Shown piece after piece: positions 28,601 through 38,747 of a stretch of 64,000 bases of DNA. The notes beneath the pieces are model-generated. The model did not search any database. It worked only from the letters and a program-made list of their open reading frames with translations, and was not told the origin of the DNA. Source of the stretch: an uncultured Chloroflexia bacterium (GTDB lineage: Bacteria; Chloroflexota; Anaerolineae; B4-G1; SLSP01); NCBI GenBank assembly GCA_963751345.1, contig CAVVUS010000038.1, positions 1 to 64,000 of the forward strand. The letters run 5' to 3'. The position numbers and the translations under genes were made by a program. How positions within the stretch are numbered: position 1 is the stretch's first letter; the number at the start of each line of letters is the position of its first letter.

Positions 28601-28669
28601 ATTTTGGCTGCCTCAACGGCAATGTCAAGGCTGTGTGGCTTTTGACATGGGACCGTCTGGCCCTAGAAT
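28601..28669. promoter_or_regulatory. Divergent sigma70 promoters
   Basis: Plus: TTGACA (28642-47), 16 bp, TAGAAT (28664-69). Minus: TTGACA (28623-28), 16 bp, CAAAAT. Confidence 0.55.
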
Positions 28670-28781
28670 GAGCGCGACCGCGGCGGAACTGCTGCGAGGC
28701 CGCGAGTCTCCGGCCGCGGGGGACACTGCATTTGTGGGTCTCCAATCAAGCATAGTCGGCTTCCCCTGAAAGGAGCACAAG

Positions 28782-29816
28782 ATGGCGCGAGCTGCGTTCT
28801 ACGAGCACGATAAGGTGATCCGCGTCGGCGATGTCACACCCGTCGCACCCGGCCCCGGCGAGGTGCAGGTCAAGATCGCTTACGCCGGTATCTGTGGCAC
28901 CGATCTACATATCTATCACGGCAGGATGGACCAACGGGTGGCCGCATCGCAGATTATGGGTCACGAGGTGTCGGGCACCATCGCATCGCTTGGCGCGGGT
29001 GTGGGTGGGCTCGAAATCGGCCAGCCGGTCACGGTGATGCCGCTCGATCCCTGTGGCACCTGTCCCGCGTGTCTTGCCGGCCACAGCCACATCTGCCTCA
29101 ACCTGAAGTTCCTCGGCATCGACACCCAGGGCGGCTTCCAGACGTACTGGACCGTGCCGGCGCACACGATTCTGCCGCTGCCCGCGACGATGTCGATGCA
29201 GCGGGCAGCCCTGGTGGAGCCCCTTGCGGTTGCCTGCCACGACGTCCGGCTGGGCAAGGTCAAGAACGGCGAATCCGTGGTCGTCCTGGGAGGTGGGCCG
29301 ATCGGCAGTTTGGTCAGCCTTGTGGCGCAGAACGAGGGGGCCAGCGTGCTCGTCTCGGAGATCAACCCGGAGCGCGTGCGGATCGGCCGAGCGCTTGGGC
29401 TTGACGTCGTGAACTCGCGCGAGGTCGATCTGATCGAGCTGGTGGAGCGGCGAACGGGCGGCGCCGGGGCCGACGCCGTCTTCGAGGTGACGTCGAGCGC
29501 CGGCGGTGCGGCGATGATGACGGCCTTGCCCCGAACCCGCGGCAGGATCGTCATTGTTGGTATCTTCAGCGAGCCGGCAGAGGTCGATCTGCACCGCATC
29601 CTGTGGCGCGAACTGAAGATGCGCGGAGCGCGCGTCTACGAGCGCGAGGACTTCGAGAAGGCCATACGCCTGGCCGCGAGTGACGCTCTGCCGCTCGATG
29701 ATATCATCTCAGCTGCTTACCCGCTGACCGGGCTCAAGGACGCGCTGGAGCTGCTTGCGGGGGGCGGGGACGTGATGAAAGTGTTGATCGACGTACAGGA
29801 TGACGGAGGAGACTAG
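28782..29816 (+). CDS. Zinc-dependent polyol/sugar-acid dehydrogenase (MDR family)
   Basis: GICGTD.H, GHE, C..C..C.......C, VEPLAV, GGGPIG. Confidence 0.9.
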   Translation: MARAAFYEHDKVIRVGDVTPVAPGPGEVQVKIAYAGICGTDLHIYHGRMDQRVAASQIMGHEVSGTIASLGAGVGGLEIGQPVTVMPLDPCGTCPACLAGHSHICLNLKFLGIDTQGGFQTYWTVPAHTILPLPATMSMQRAALVEPLAVACHDVRLGKVKNGESVVVLGGGPIGSLVSLVAQNEGASVLVSEINPERVRIGRALGLDVVNSREVDLIELVERRTGGAGADAVFEVTSSAGGAAMMTALPRTRGRIVIVGIFSEPAEVDLHRILWRELKMRGARVYEREDFEKAIRLAASDALPLDDIISAAYPLTGLKDALELLAGGGDVMKVLIDVQDDGGD

Positions 29817-29817
29817 C

Positions 29818-30588
29818 ATGGGGATCATGGAGCAGTTCAGGCTCGACGGCAAGGTCGCGCTCGTGACCGGCGCCCGACGGGGCATCGGCATGGGACTGGC
29901 CATAGGGCTGGCGGAGGCAGGCGCCGACATCATCGGCGTCTCGAAGTCGCTGGAGCGATCCGGCAGCGAGGTTGAGCGACAGGTCACGGCGCTGGGGCGC
30001 GACTTCGCGGCATTCCAGTGCGACTTCGCCGATCGGGACGCCCTGTATGCGCTCATCGCCGACGTCAAGCGCGATTTCTCGAGGATCGACATCCTGGTCA
30101 ACAATGCGGGCACGATCCTGCGCTCCCCGGCCGCGGAGCATCCGGATGAGTACTGGGATACCATCATCGAGGTGAACCTGAACGCCCAGTTCATCCTCGC
30201 GCGCGAGTTCGGCAAGGAGATGGTGGCCAGGGGTAAGGGAAAGATCATCTTCACGGCCTCGCTGTTGACGTTCCAGGGCGGGATCACGGTGCCGGGCTAT
30301 GCAGCGAGCAAGGGTGGCATCGGCCAACTGACGAAGGCGTTCGCTAACGAATGGGCTGCGAAGGGTGTCAACGTCAACGCCATCGCGCCCGGCTACATCG
30401 CTACGGACAACACGCAGGCGCTCCGGGATAATCCGACGAGGAGCCGGCAAATCCTCGAGCGCATACCCGCGGGCCGGTGGGGCGATCCCGAGGACTTCAA
30501 GGGGGTGGGCGTGTTCCTTGCGTCCGACGCATCCAACTACGTCCATGGCGCGATCGTCCTGGTGGACGGAGGTTGGATGGCGCGGTAG
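29818..30588 (+). CDS. kduD: KduD-like 2-dehydro-3-deoxy-D-gluconate 5-dehydrogenase (SDR)
   Basis: TGA.RGIG, NNAG, ASLL.FQGGI.VPGY.ASK, ANEWA..G.NVNAIAPGY..T.NT.ALR, VDGGW. Confidence 0.8.
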   Translation: MGIMEQFRLDGKVALVTGARRGIGMGLAIGLAEAGADIIGVSKSLERSGSEVERQVTALGRDFAAFQCDFADRDALYALIADVKRDFSRIDILVNNAGTILRSPAAEHPDEYWDTIIEVNLNAQFILAREFGKEMVARGKGKIIFTASLLTFQGGITVPGYAASKGGIGQLTKAFANEWAAKGVNVNAIAPGYIATDNTQALRDNPTRSRQILERIPAGRWGDPEDFKGVGVFLASDASNYVHGAIVLVDGGWMAR

Positions 30589-30595
30589 AGCCGAC

Positions 30596-31606
30596 CTACG
30601 GGGTGGGCGTGGGCGTGCCGATCTGGGGCCCGGACAGCATCAACGTCAGATTGGCAAGCTGTATGCGAGCCATGGCCTCAAGCTGGATCTGTCCGGATGC
30701 CGAGGCCAGCTCGCCCGCTTTCTGGTACTCCTGGCTGGCCTCCACCACGTTGCCGAGGGTGGCATTCACGTTGCCCATCTGGAAGTAGCCCATCGCCGAA
30801 TCCGGGTTCAGGGAGACCATTGCCTGGGTGTCCGCCAGTGCGCGGTCGGCGGCACCCGCCATCAAGTAGACCTGGGCGCGCGCGGAGTAGAAGGCTTCGA
30901 GCCCTCCGGCGTTCGGATCACTCTCAAAGGCCAGCCGGGTCTGGGCAAAGACCTGGCCGGCTTCGTCTTGGCGGCCCATCAGCTCGAGAACTGCACCACG
31001 GGTGACCTCGAGGTTGGGGTCCTGCGGTGCGTAGGTCAGGGCCTGTTCAGTCTGGGATAGCGCGAGCGGCAGGTCCCCCTGTGCCAATGCGGTCTCGGCC
31101 CGTTGCTCGTGCAGGGCACGCTCGCGCGTTGCCTTGTCCGGCTGCAGAAAGAGCGCGTAGAGTCCGGAGAGCGCCGCGATGACCACGGCCAAGATGCCCA
31201 TCGTGCGCAGTGTCTTGCGCAGTTGAGCTTTCCGTTCGCTTGCGAGCCGTTCGTCCGTGTACCACCACCAATGGACCTCGGGCGGCTTCTGTTCTGCTCT
31301 CAGATCGCGAAGCGCCTCGGCACCACCGATCTGCCGCACGAAGGCCCCTCCCTTCCTGCGAAACTGCTGGGTGATGGTGTCGAACCGCCCTCGTTCGGCC
31401 GCCAGATCACCCCCGTGCTGGGTGATCGTCTCAAGCAGTTCGCTGGCCCGATCCAGCATCGTCAGTACCTCGACCGGGCGGTCCTGACCGGGGTACCCCA
31501 GCTTACCAATCTCAGCTTCGAGGCGACCGAGCACGTAGCGCAGCTCTTCGGCGGGTGTCTGTGCCTGGCGAATGTGTGAGGCGATAGCGGCTCTTGTAGT
31601 GTTCAT
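30596..31606 (-). CDS. Membrane-anchored tetratricopeptide-repeat protein
   Basis: N-terminal helical domain with WWWY, one TM helix, TPR-like repeats, PTPTP tail. Confidence 0.7.
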   Translation of the reverse strand: MNTTRAAIASHIRQAQTPAEELRYVLGRLEAEIGKLGYPGQDRPVEVLTMLDRASELLETITQHGGDLAAERGRFDTITQQFRRKGGAFVRQIGGAEALRDLRAEQKPPEVHWWWYTDERLASERKAQLRKTLRTMGILAVVIAALSGLYALFLQPDKATRERALHEQRAETALAQGDLPLALSQTEQALTYAPQDPNLEVTRGAVLELMGRQDEAGQVFAQTRLAFESDPNAGGLEAFYSARAQVYLMAGAADRALADTQAMVSLNPDSAMGYFQMGNVNATLGNVVEASQEYQKAGELASASGQIQLEAMARIQLANLTLMLSGPQIGTPTPTP

Positions 31607-31644
31607 GGACTCCGGCTTCATTATACGCGCGCCCCGGATGAGTC

Positions 31645-31705
31645 AACCCTGCGAAGGTTAGAACGGGGCACTTCGAAACACAGCCCATCGGCAACTTCGC
31701 AAAGG
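31645..31705. repeat. REP-like dyad, copy 3 (degenerate)
   Basis: AACCCTGCGAAGGTT at 31645 and AACTTCGCAAAGG at 31693. Confidence 0.45.
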
Positions 31706-31789
31706 AACATTTGCCAGCAGCGCTTCCGCAGCTAGAATGGAGCTTGGTCCGCGAATAAGCGGAGGACGTGGCAACGAGGAGGGTTACGT

Positions 31790-32761
31790 ATGAGATCCAT
31801 TGCTGTGTTGACCAGTGGGGGCGATGGGCCAGGTCTGAATGCAGCGATTCGGGCGGTCACGCGCCAGGCACTGCGGCGCGGCGTTGACGTCTATGGTGTC
31901 AGGTGGGGATATCGTGGCTTGATTAACGGTGAGATCAGCGAGCTTAGCAGCCGGGACGTAGGTGGGATTATGGGACGGGGCGGGACGATGCTCGGCACGG
32001 CGCGCTGTCCCGAGTTTCGGGACGTCAAGGTCCGCCGCACGGCCCTGCGCAGCCTTAATCAGCGGGGCATTGAGGGGCTCGTCGTGATCGGCGGCAATGG
32101 CTCGCTTATGGGTGCCCTTGCCCTCCACGAGATGAGCTTTCCGACCTTTGGCATCCCGGCGTCGATTGACAATGACGTGGCCGGGACCGATATGTCGGTG
32201 GGCGTTGACACTACCCTGAACACGATCCTCGACGCCATCGATCGCATCAAGGATACGGCGTCTTCCCACCAGCGTGCGTTTCTGATCCAGGTGATGGGAC
32301 GAGATTGCGGGTACCTCGCACTTGCCAGTGGGCTTGCCGGAGGCGCCGAGATGATCATGGTGCCCGAGCAGCACGGCCCCCCGGTTGAGGAGATTGCCGA
32401 GACCGTGGTCGATGCGTACGTGCGGGGAAAGCACCACTGCATCATGGTCATCGCCGAAGGCTGGAAGCCCGGCACTCAAGCGGTGGAGGACTATCTCAGC
32501 GCCCACAAGGACGATCTGGGATTCGACGTCCGGGTGACGGTGCTGGGGCACGTGCAGCGGGGCGGGCGACCCTCTGCGTTTGATAGGCTGCTGGCAACCC
32601 GCATGGGTGCCTTTGCGGCGGATCGATTGCTGGATGGGGAAAGCGGCCATATGGTCGCTCTGCGCGGAAATCAGCTCGAGACGTTTCCCCTCTCGGATGC
32701 AGTGGCCAAACTGCGGCCGCTCGACCTACGGCTGTTGGAGCTGGCGGATACGATGGACTAG
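31790..32761 (+). CDS. pfkA: ATP-dependent 6-phosphofructokinase
   Basis: TSGGD.PG.N, GGT.LGTAR, GGNGS, PASIDND, VMGR, LGHVQRGG. Confidence 0.93.
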   Translation: MRSIAVLTSGGDGPGLNAAIRAVTRQALRRGVDVYGVRWGYRGLINGEISELSSRDVGGIMGRGGTMLGTARCPEFRDVKVRRTALRSLNQRGIEGLVVIGGNGSLMGALALHEMSFPTFGIPASIDNDVAGTDMSVGVDTTLNTILDAIDRIKDTASSHQRAFLIQVMGRDCGYLALASGLAGGAEMIMVPEQHGPPVEEIAETVVDAYVRGKHHCIMVIAEGWKPGTQAVEDYLSAHKDDLGFDVRVTVLGHVQRGGRPSAFDRLLATRMGAFAADRLLDGESGHMVALRGNQLETFPLSDAVAKLRPLDLRLLELADTMD

Positions 32762-32810
32762 CGGATGGTCGACTGCGCCGGTTCGGATCCTCCTGCCCGG
32801 CGTGCTGCCA

Positions 32811-33822
32811 TCACTTCTCTCGACCCAGGAGGCGTTCTGCCAGACTGCGGAGCGCCTCTTGTGCAGGTCCGATGCCCCTCGTGCGTTCCAGAGCGTCAAG
32901 TGCCTGCCCGTGATAGTGGGCGGCCCGCTCCTCGGTATATTCTCGGCTGCCGACCCGCTCAAGCTCGGATAGGGCCTGTTCTACCTGTCCATCGCTCAGA
33001 TCGGAACCGGTCAGTAGATGCTGCAGCGATTCGCTTGCCAGCATGCCGTACAGGATGGGCAACGTTTTCTTGCCCTTGCGGAGGTCCGACGCCACCGGCT
33101 TGCCTGTCCGAGCCGGGTCACCCCAGAGCCCCAGAATGTCGTCATACATCTGGAACGCAATGCCCAGCGCCTCCCCAAACTCTCGCAGAGCGTCGGCTTC
33201 GATCCGGCGATGCGCCGGCGATGATGCCACCCAGTTCCGCCGACAGACCTAACAGCGCGGCCGTCTTGCCACGCACCATCTCCAGGTACGCCGGCTCATC
33301 CGTTCTGGCGCGTGTTTCGAACTCCAGATCACGGCACTGTCCTTCGGTGATGTAGATAATGGTCTCTGTGAACCGGCTGGTCGCAAGCACGACCCGGTCA
33401 GCGGGGACGCCGTGGTCGACCAACTCAATCAGCCCACGGTACGAAAGAGCGAAGAGTGCGTCTCCGGCATTCAGCGCCTGGGGAATTCCCCAGAGTGCCC
33501 AGAGCGTCTCGCGCCCACGACGTATGCTGTCTTGATCCTCAATGTCGTCATGGATCAGCGTGAAGTTGTGGAGCAGTTCAACGGCTGCTGCCGCGCCCAC
33601 AGCTCGCTCCCACGCCTCACCTTGGGCCTGTACAGCCAGCAGGAGTATCAGTGGGCGAATGTGTTTTCCACCGTCGACCTGCACAGGCTCGAAGCTCCGA
33701 TCCAGCCAACCCAGGTGATAGCGCAACATACCGTAGAGCAGGGGAGGGCCGTCCTCTTGCGTGACAAGCAGGCGACGCATCTCGGCATCGAGGGCAGGGA
33801 AGTAAGCGGCTGTCAGATCCAC
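32811..33822 (-). CDS. Polyprenyl diphosphate synthase (FPP/GGPP), frameshift near 33210
   Basis: GGK.IRP, FARM FTLIHDDIED...RRG, KTA, SARM FQMYDDILG, GK...DL..GKKT. Confidence 0.9.
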
Positions 33823-33842
33823 AATATCTCCATCACAATAAT

Positions 33843-34886
33843 CTAGCTGGAAGCACAGGCTCTGCTGCCGGAAGCGGCCATTTCGGCCTGTCTCAGGGCA
33901 GCGATATCCGCGGACCCCGTCACGAACATTGCGATTCTGAGTTGCCGGCGGAGGATATCCAGGCAGTCCCGGACCGTCTCAGGCGAGTCTGCGGCAGCCT
34001 TCAGTATGACGCTAGCCATCGTGGCGACGTCGGCGCCCAGGGCAATGCATTTCGCGATGTCGATGCCCGTCGTCAGGCCACCGCTGGCAATAAGCGGTAT
34101 TGTCGTGCTGACGCCGCGCACGAGCTGTAGCGACTCAGCCGTGGGGATGCCCCAGTTCCTGAACCCCGCGGCGATGTCACGCTCCACGACGCCGGTCTGT
34201 CGGAAGAACTCGACCTGACTCCACGATGTACCGCCCGCGCCGGCAACGTCGAGGGCAGCGACGCCGGCATCGATCAGCATTCGCGCGGCCCGGGCAGACA
34301 GTCCCCAACCGACCTCTTTGGCAATTACAGGAACCGTCAGGGTGGTGCAGACCTCCTCGATTCTCCCGACGAGGTTGGCAAATCGTGTGTCGCCCTCCGC
34401 CTGAAGGGCCTCCTGAAGCGGGTTGAGGTGCAGGAAGAGCCCATCGGCGTGCGTCACGTCGACGAGGCGCTGGCAGTCCTGCGCCGTGTAGCCGTAGTTG
34501 AGCTGAACGGCGCCGAGGTTGGCGAAGAGCACCAGGTCAGGGGCCACGTCTCGCATCTGAAAAGTCTCGGCGACCTCCGGGCGCTCCAGCATCGCCCGCG
34601 AGGATCCCAGCCCCATGCCGATGCCGGCATCCGCGGCTGCCTCAGCCAGGATGCGGTTGATCTGTCCGGTCTTCGGCGTGCCGCCGGTCATGGAAGCGAT
34701 GAGCAGAGGAAAGGAAAGCTTGTGCCCGAGGAACGATGTCGTCGTGTCGATCGCGTCGAGGTCGATCTCGGGAAGCGACTGGTGGACGAAGCGATACGCG
34801 TCGAGCCCTGGGTCGATCTCCGTGAAGGATACATCCTCTTCGAGGCTGATGCGCAGGTGCTCGTCTTTTCGTGCGCTAGTCGGCAT
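33843..34886 (-). CDS. fni: Type 2 isopentenyl-diphosphate delta-isomerase
   Basis: RKDEH, MTGG, NLG, HLNPLQE..Q.EGD, KEVG.G, GGTSW..VE, ASGG. Alternative GTG start at 34901. Confidence 0.93.
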   Translation of the reverse strand: MPTSARKDEHLRISLEEDVSFTEIDPGLDAYRFVHQSLPEIDLDAIDTTTSFLGHKLSFPLLIASMTGGTPKTGQINRILAEAAADAGIGMGLGSSRAMLERPEVAETFQMRDVAPDLVLFANLGAVQLNYGYTAQDCQRLVDVTHADGLFLHLNPLQEALQAEGDTRFANLVGRIEEVCTTLTVPVIAKEVGWGLSARAARMLIDAGVAALDVAGAGGTSWSQVEFFRQTGVVERDIAAGFRNWGIPTAESLQLVRGVSTTIPLIASGGLTTGIDIAKCIALGADVATMASVILKAAADSPETVRDCLDILRRQLRIAMFVTGSADIAALRQAEMAASGSRACASS

Positions 34887-34925
34887 AGGTTCGCTCTTCA
34901 CAGTCTCTCCGGGTCAGCAGCGGTG

Positions 34926-34984
34926 ACTATACCTGCTGTTGGAACAGGCGTCAAGCTTGACATCTGCCGCAGCGTCATTAGAAT
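34926..34984. promoter_or_regulatory. Back-to-back sigma70 promoters for fni and acpP
   Basis: Minus: TTGACG, 17 bp, TATAGT. Plus: TTGACA (34957-62), 16 bp, TAGAAT (34979-84). The two -35 boxes abut in GTCAAGCTTGAC. Confidence 0.65.
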
Positions 34985-35054
34985 GTCGCCTAGGCAAGGA
35001 CGGACCGGTGCGCTTGGTCCGGCGGAGCACGATCACAACCTGAGGAGGAATGCG

Positions 35055-35291
35055 ATGAGCGACGACGTCTACGAGAAGGTCAAGGACATCATAGTTGATA
35101 CCCTCGCTGTCGAGGAGGACAAGGTGACCCCCGGGGCCAGCTTTCGGGAGGATCTCGGTGCGGACTCGTTGGACCTCGTTGAGCTGATTATGGCCTTTGA
35201 GGACGAGTTCGGCGGGCGCATCTCCGATGACGACGCTCGCAGCATCACCACTGTGCAGGGCGCCGTCGATTACCTCAAGAGCAAGGCGTAG
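35055..35291 (+). CDS. acpP: Acyl carrier protein
   Basis: 78 aa acidic protein with [12 protein letters not shown]; SD GAGGAGG. Confidence 0.95.
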   Translation: MSDDVYEKVKDIIVDTLAVEEDKVTPGASFREDLGADSLDLVELIMAFEDEFGGRISDDDARSITTVQGAVDYLKSKA

Positions 35292-35324
35292 GTATCCGAC
35301 CGGCTGCGTCAGGCTGACGATCGA

Positions 35325-35352
35325 AGGCCACCGCTCGACGGTGGCCTCTTTT
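35325..35352 (+). terminator. Rho-independent terminator
   Basis: AGGCCACCG-CTCGA-CGGTGGCCT followed by CTTTT. Confidence 0.75.
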
Positions 35353-35386
35353 CGTACTGCAGCGCCAGCTGCAGCAGCCCTTCTCC

Positions 35387-36377
35387 CTAGTGTGCGTACC
35401 CATTGGCCCTATACCACACGACCGCCTTGCGGAGAGCTTCCCGCGCCGGCGTATGGGGCAGGCCTAGTTCACGTACTGCTTTGCCCGGATCGAAGAACTC
35501 GTAGTTGCGCGAGAGGCGTACCTTGTCCGGCGTAGCGGTCGGCACACGGTGTGGATCCAGCGCTGGCCAACGCCGTGTCCGCATAGGCCCAGGCCATGGC
35601 TACCCAACGGGGAACGCGGAGACGCGCCGGAGGTCGGCCGGAGATCTCGGCCAGCAGATCGAGCACCTGCTTGAGGGTGAGGTTCTCACCGCCAAGGATG
35701 TATCGCTCTCCAACGCGCCCGAGTGTAGCCGCGAGCAGATGCCCTGTCGCCACGTCGTCGACATCGACGATATTCAGGCCCGTATCCAGGTAGCCAAACA
35801 TCCGACCGTTGAGGAAGTCGACGATGATCTGCCCCGTGGGCGTTGGCTTGTGATCACCCACGCCGACGGGCGTGCTTGGGTTGACGATCACGACCGGCAA
35901 ACCGCGTTGGGCGGCATCGTGCGCAACCTCTTCAGCGAGGAACTTGGAGCGCTGGTACGGCCCTATCCGATCATCCAGAGTGCCGAGTGTTTCCTCTGTC
36001 GACGGGACGTGGTCCTTGCGGATGCCCAGGGTGGCGACCGAGCTGGTGTAGACAATGCGCTGCACGCCTGCAGCTTCCGCAGCCTCCAGCACGCGGCGCG
36101 TGCCCTCCACATTGGCTTCGAAGAAATCCTGCCAGTCGTGCCCCCAATAGCTATAGAGGGCTGCCACGTGGAAGACCCAGTCGCAGCCGCGAACTGCGCT
36201 GCGCAGGCTGCCGGTGTCTCTCAGGTCGCCCGGCACCCGTTCCACGGCAAGACCCTCCAGTTGCCGCGTTGCGGATCCGGGGCGCACCAGCACCCGCACC
36301 TCGTGACCTGCCTCAAGCAGCCGGCGCACCACCGCCCCGCCTACGAACCCCGTCCCTCCGGTTACGAATGCGCGAAT
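35387..36377 (-). CDS. hpnA: Hopanoid-associated sugar epimerase (HpnA-like), frameshift near 35565, apparent ATT start
   Basis: RAFVTGGTGFVG, FHVAA.Y, Y.RSK, VNPSTPVG..D.KPTPTG, DTGLN.VDVDDVA.GH, YILGGEN. Confidence 0.85.
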
Positions 36378-36426
36378 GTCTCGCCTCCTATTCAGACCCG
36401 CCGGGATAGCGACACTTTCCGTCGCC

Positions 36427-37180
36427 TCACGGGGCAGTCGCTAGGCGACTGATGATGGTGGTGAGGTTGGTCCTCGCTTGTCGGGCGTTCCCGGAGAGGC
36501 GAGCCAACACTGCCAGGTGCCGAGGATGAAGCAGAAAGTAGGAGGCCACGGCTCCCCATTGCCACCTCCCGTCGGCGTTCAGCCACCGATCGAAAGGTGG
36601 AAGGACGTCGCGCCGGGTGTCCGTTACGGCACGAATGGCCACGAAGGGGACGCGCCGCTGCGAGGCTATCCTGGCAATCCAGTAGCTCTCCATATCGACG
36701 ATGTCCGCACCGGTAGCCACAAATAGGGTTTGTTTTCCCTCGACTGTGCAGATCGCCTGCGGTGTGGTCACGCCGCTTCCAATTCGAGACTCCACAGCCA
36801 TACCGTTCAGCACCTGGGCCGCGAGCCTAACCAAGCCGTCATCGGAACTGCAGTGTCCCGCCTGCGGGACTTCCCCCGTCGACGTCGTAGCACCAAGCAG
36901 CGTTGAGCATATGACCACGTCGCCCGCGCCCAACCGTGCCGCCAGTGCTCCGGCATAGCCGAACGACACTAACCCGCTGACGAGTGTAGCGATCCAGAAC
37001 GTCGCCGGCAGCCGCTTCGGCGCGTTCCCTGCCGGCACCGGTCTGGACCAGAAGGACTTCTCTCCCCCGAAACTCACCTCGGTACAGGCGGCGGGCCCGG
37101 CCCCCGTCGACCTCGGCAAGCCTCATCAGCCTTCGCAGGCCGGACAGCTCGTCTGCCAGGGCACAGAGGAGGGCGATCAC
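36427..37180 (-). CDS. hpnG: Hopanoid-associated nucleosidase/phosphorylase (HpnG-like), frameshift near 36975
   Basis: TG.G...A, SFGYAGAL...L..GDVV, VDMES, PF.AIRAV.D; lies next to hpnH. Confidence 0.75.
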
Positions 37181-37202
37181 GTGTGACGCCAGGCGGCTCG
37201 TC

Positions 37203-38208
37203 TCAGCCGCCGGAGAGGCCCCATTTCAGGGTGTGCCACAGGTTTGACGGGCTCTTGGTAACCTCGGCCACAGCACTAGCCTCAAAGCCACAGTGGACCA
37301 TGCAATTCGCGCAGCGCGGATCGTTGCCGGGACCGTAGTTCTCCCACGGGGTCTCCTCCATGAGTTCACGGAACGAAGCGCAGTGTCCGTCGGTGATCAG
37401 ATAACAGGGCCGCTTCCATCCCTTGGGGTTTCGCGTAGGCGTGCTCCAGGGGAAGCAAGTCAGATCCCGGTTTCCCTGCCAGGAACTCCAGATAGAGAGG
37501 GGTGTTATAGAAGCTGAATTCCCGGCCCAGCTCGAATATCCGTCGGAAGGCTACAACCGCTGCCTCACGGTCGAGGAAGACGTCGGAATCGACCGCTTCA
37601 TACCCAAAGGCCGGCGTCAACATGATGCCGTCGGTAGGTATTCCCGAGAGCCGGGTGAAAAGCTGCTCTATCTCCCCCAGATCGGTGCCCCTGTAGATGG
37701 TGGTATTGGTCAGCACCTGGAAGCCGGCCCGCTTGGCGGCGGTCGCTGCGGCGATCGCCGTGTCGAAGACGCCGCTTCGCCCGGCGAATCCATCGTGGGT
37801 ACCGGCCAGCCCGTCGAGGTGAACGACGAAGCTGAGATAGGGACTGGGTTCGAACTTGGACAGCGACTCCTCCAGCAGCAGCCCATTGGTGCACAAGTGT
37901 ACGAATCGCCGCCCGGCGATGATCTGTCGCACAAGTCGATCGATCCCGGGATAGAGAAGCGGCTCGCCGCCGGTGATGCTGACCACGGGAGCGCCGGCCT
38001 CCTCGACGGCTGCCAGGCATTCCTCGACCGACAGGCTCTCATCAAGGATGTCGCGATACTCCCTGATGCGGCCGCAGCCAGCACAAGCGAGGTTACATCG
38101 GAAACTGGGCTCGAGCATCAGCACCAAGGGGAACCGCTTCCTGCCCTGGAGCTTGTTCTTTCCGAGATATGTGGTCAGTGACGCCGCGAGTTGCCACGAA
38201 AAACCCAT
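37203..38208 (-). CDS. hpnH: Adenosyl-hopene transferase, radical SAM, frameshift near 37460
   Basis: RFPLVLMLEP.FRCNLACAGCG.I, GAPVVSI.GGEPL, CTNG, VHLDG; C-terminal PW..PTRN..GW..PCY and DPRCANCMVHCGFE. Confidence 0.92.
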
Positions 38209-38223
38209 CGTTGCATACCTCCG

Positions 38224-38661
38224 TCACGACCGCAGGCCGATGGCCCGGATCACCAGGTCAGGGTCGACCTCGGTGTCCACACAACCATCTTTGATAAGGG
38301 GAATAATGACGATGGCCGGGGTGCCGTTGTGATATTCGGACGCCCCTTCGACTGCCGCCACTCCCATGGTCAGCTCCTCAGGGCATGCTACGGCTACGAT
38401 TCCCTTCGGGTGAGTTTCCGTGACGAACTTGAGCGCCATCTTGCCCCCGGCTGCGATGCACATCCCTCGGTAACCGAGCCTCGTGGCCTCCTGCCTAAAG
38501 GCCGGGACCACGCAGGTCTCCGTGCAATCCTCGGGACATACGAGGCCCTCTTTGCCGAACTTACCCGGGCAACTCTTGCTGGGCCGCAGACACTGTGGGA
38601 GCAGCAGAATCCTCTCACCAGGCTCTGTACGTGCGAATGCCTCCTCGTTGGCCATATCCAT
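38224..38661 (-). CDS. DUF116-family Cys-rich protein
   Basis: RILLLPQCLR...C, C..C...C, I..GG, IVAVAC..EL, DGCVDT.VD. Confidence 0.75.
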   Translation of the reverse strand: MDMANEEAFARTEPGERILLLPQCLRPSKSCPGKFGKEGLVCPEDCTETCVVPAFRQEATRLGYRGMCIAAGGKMALKFVTETHPKGIVAVACPEELTMGVAAVEGASEYHNGTPAIVIIPLIKDGCVDTEVDPDLVIRAIGLRS

Positions 38662-38747
38662 CTCCCCGTCTCCTTTCCACACTATTCACCCAACTGGTGG
38701 CTTGCCAACCCCCCGCTTCGACCGCGGTTTCCTTCTCCAACCGAACG

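Noticed and set aside
34428-35291. 287-aa ACP fusion protein
   Set aside because: The N-terminal part is antisense to fni and crosses the promoter region. The real acpP starts at 35055 after a strong SD.
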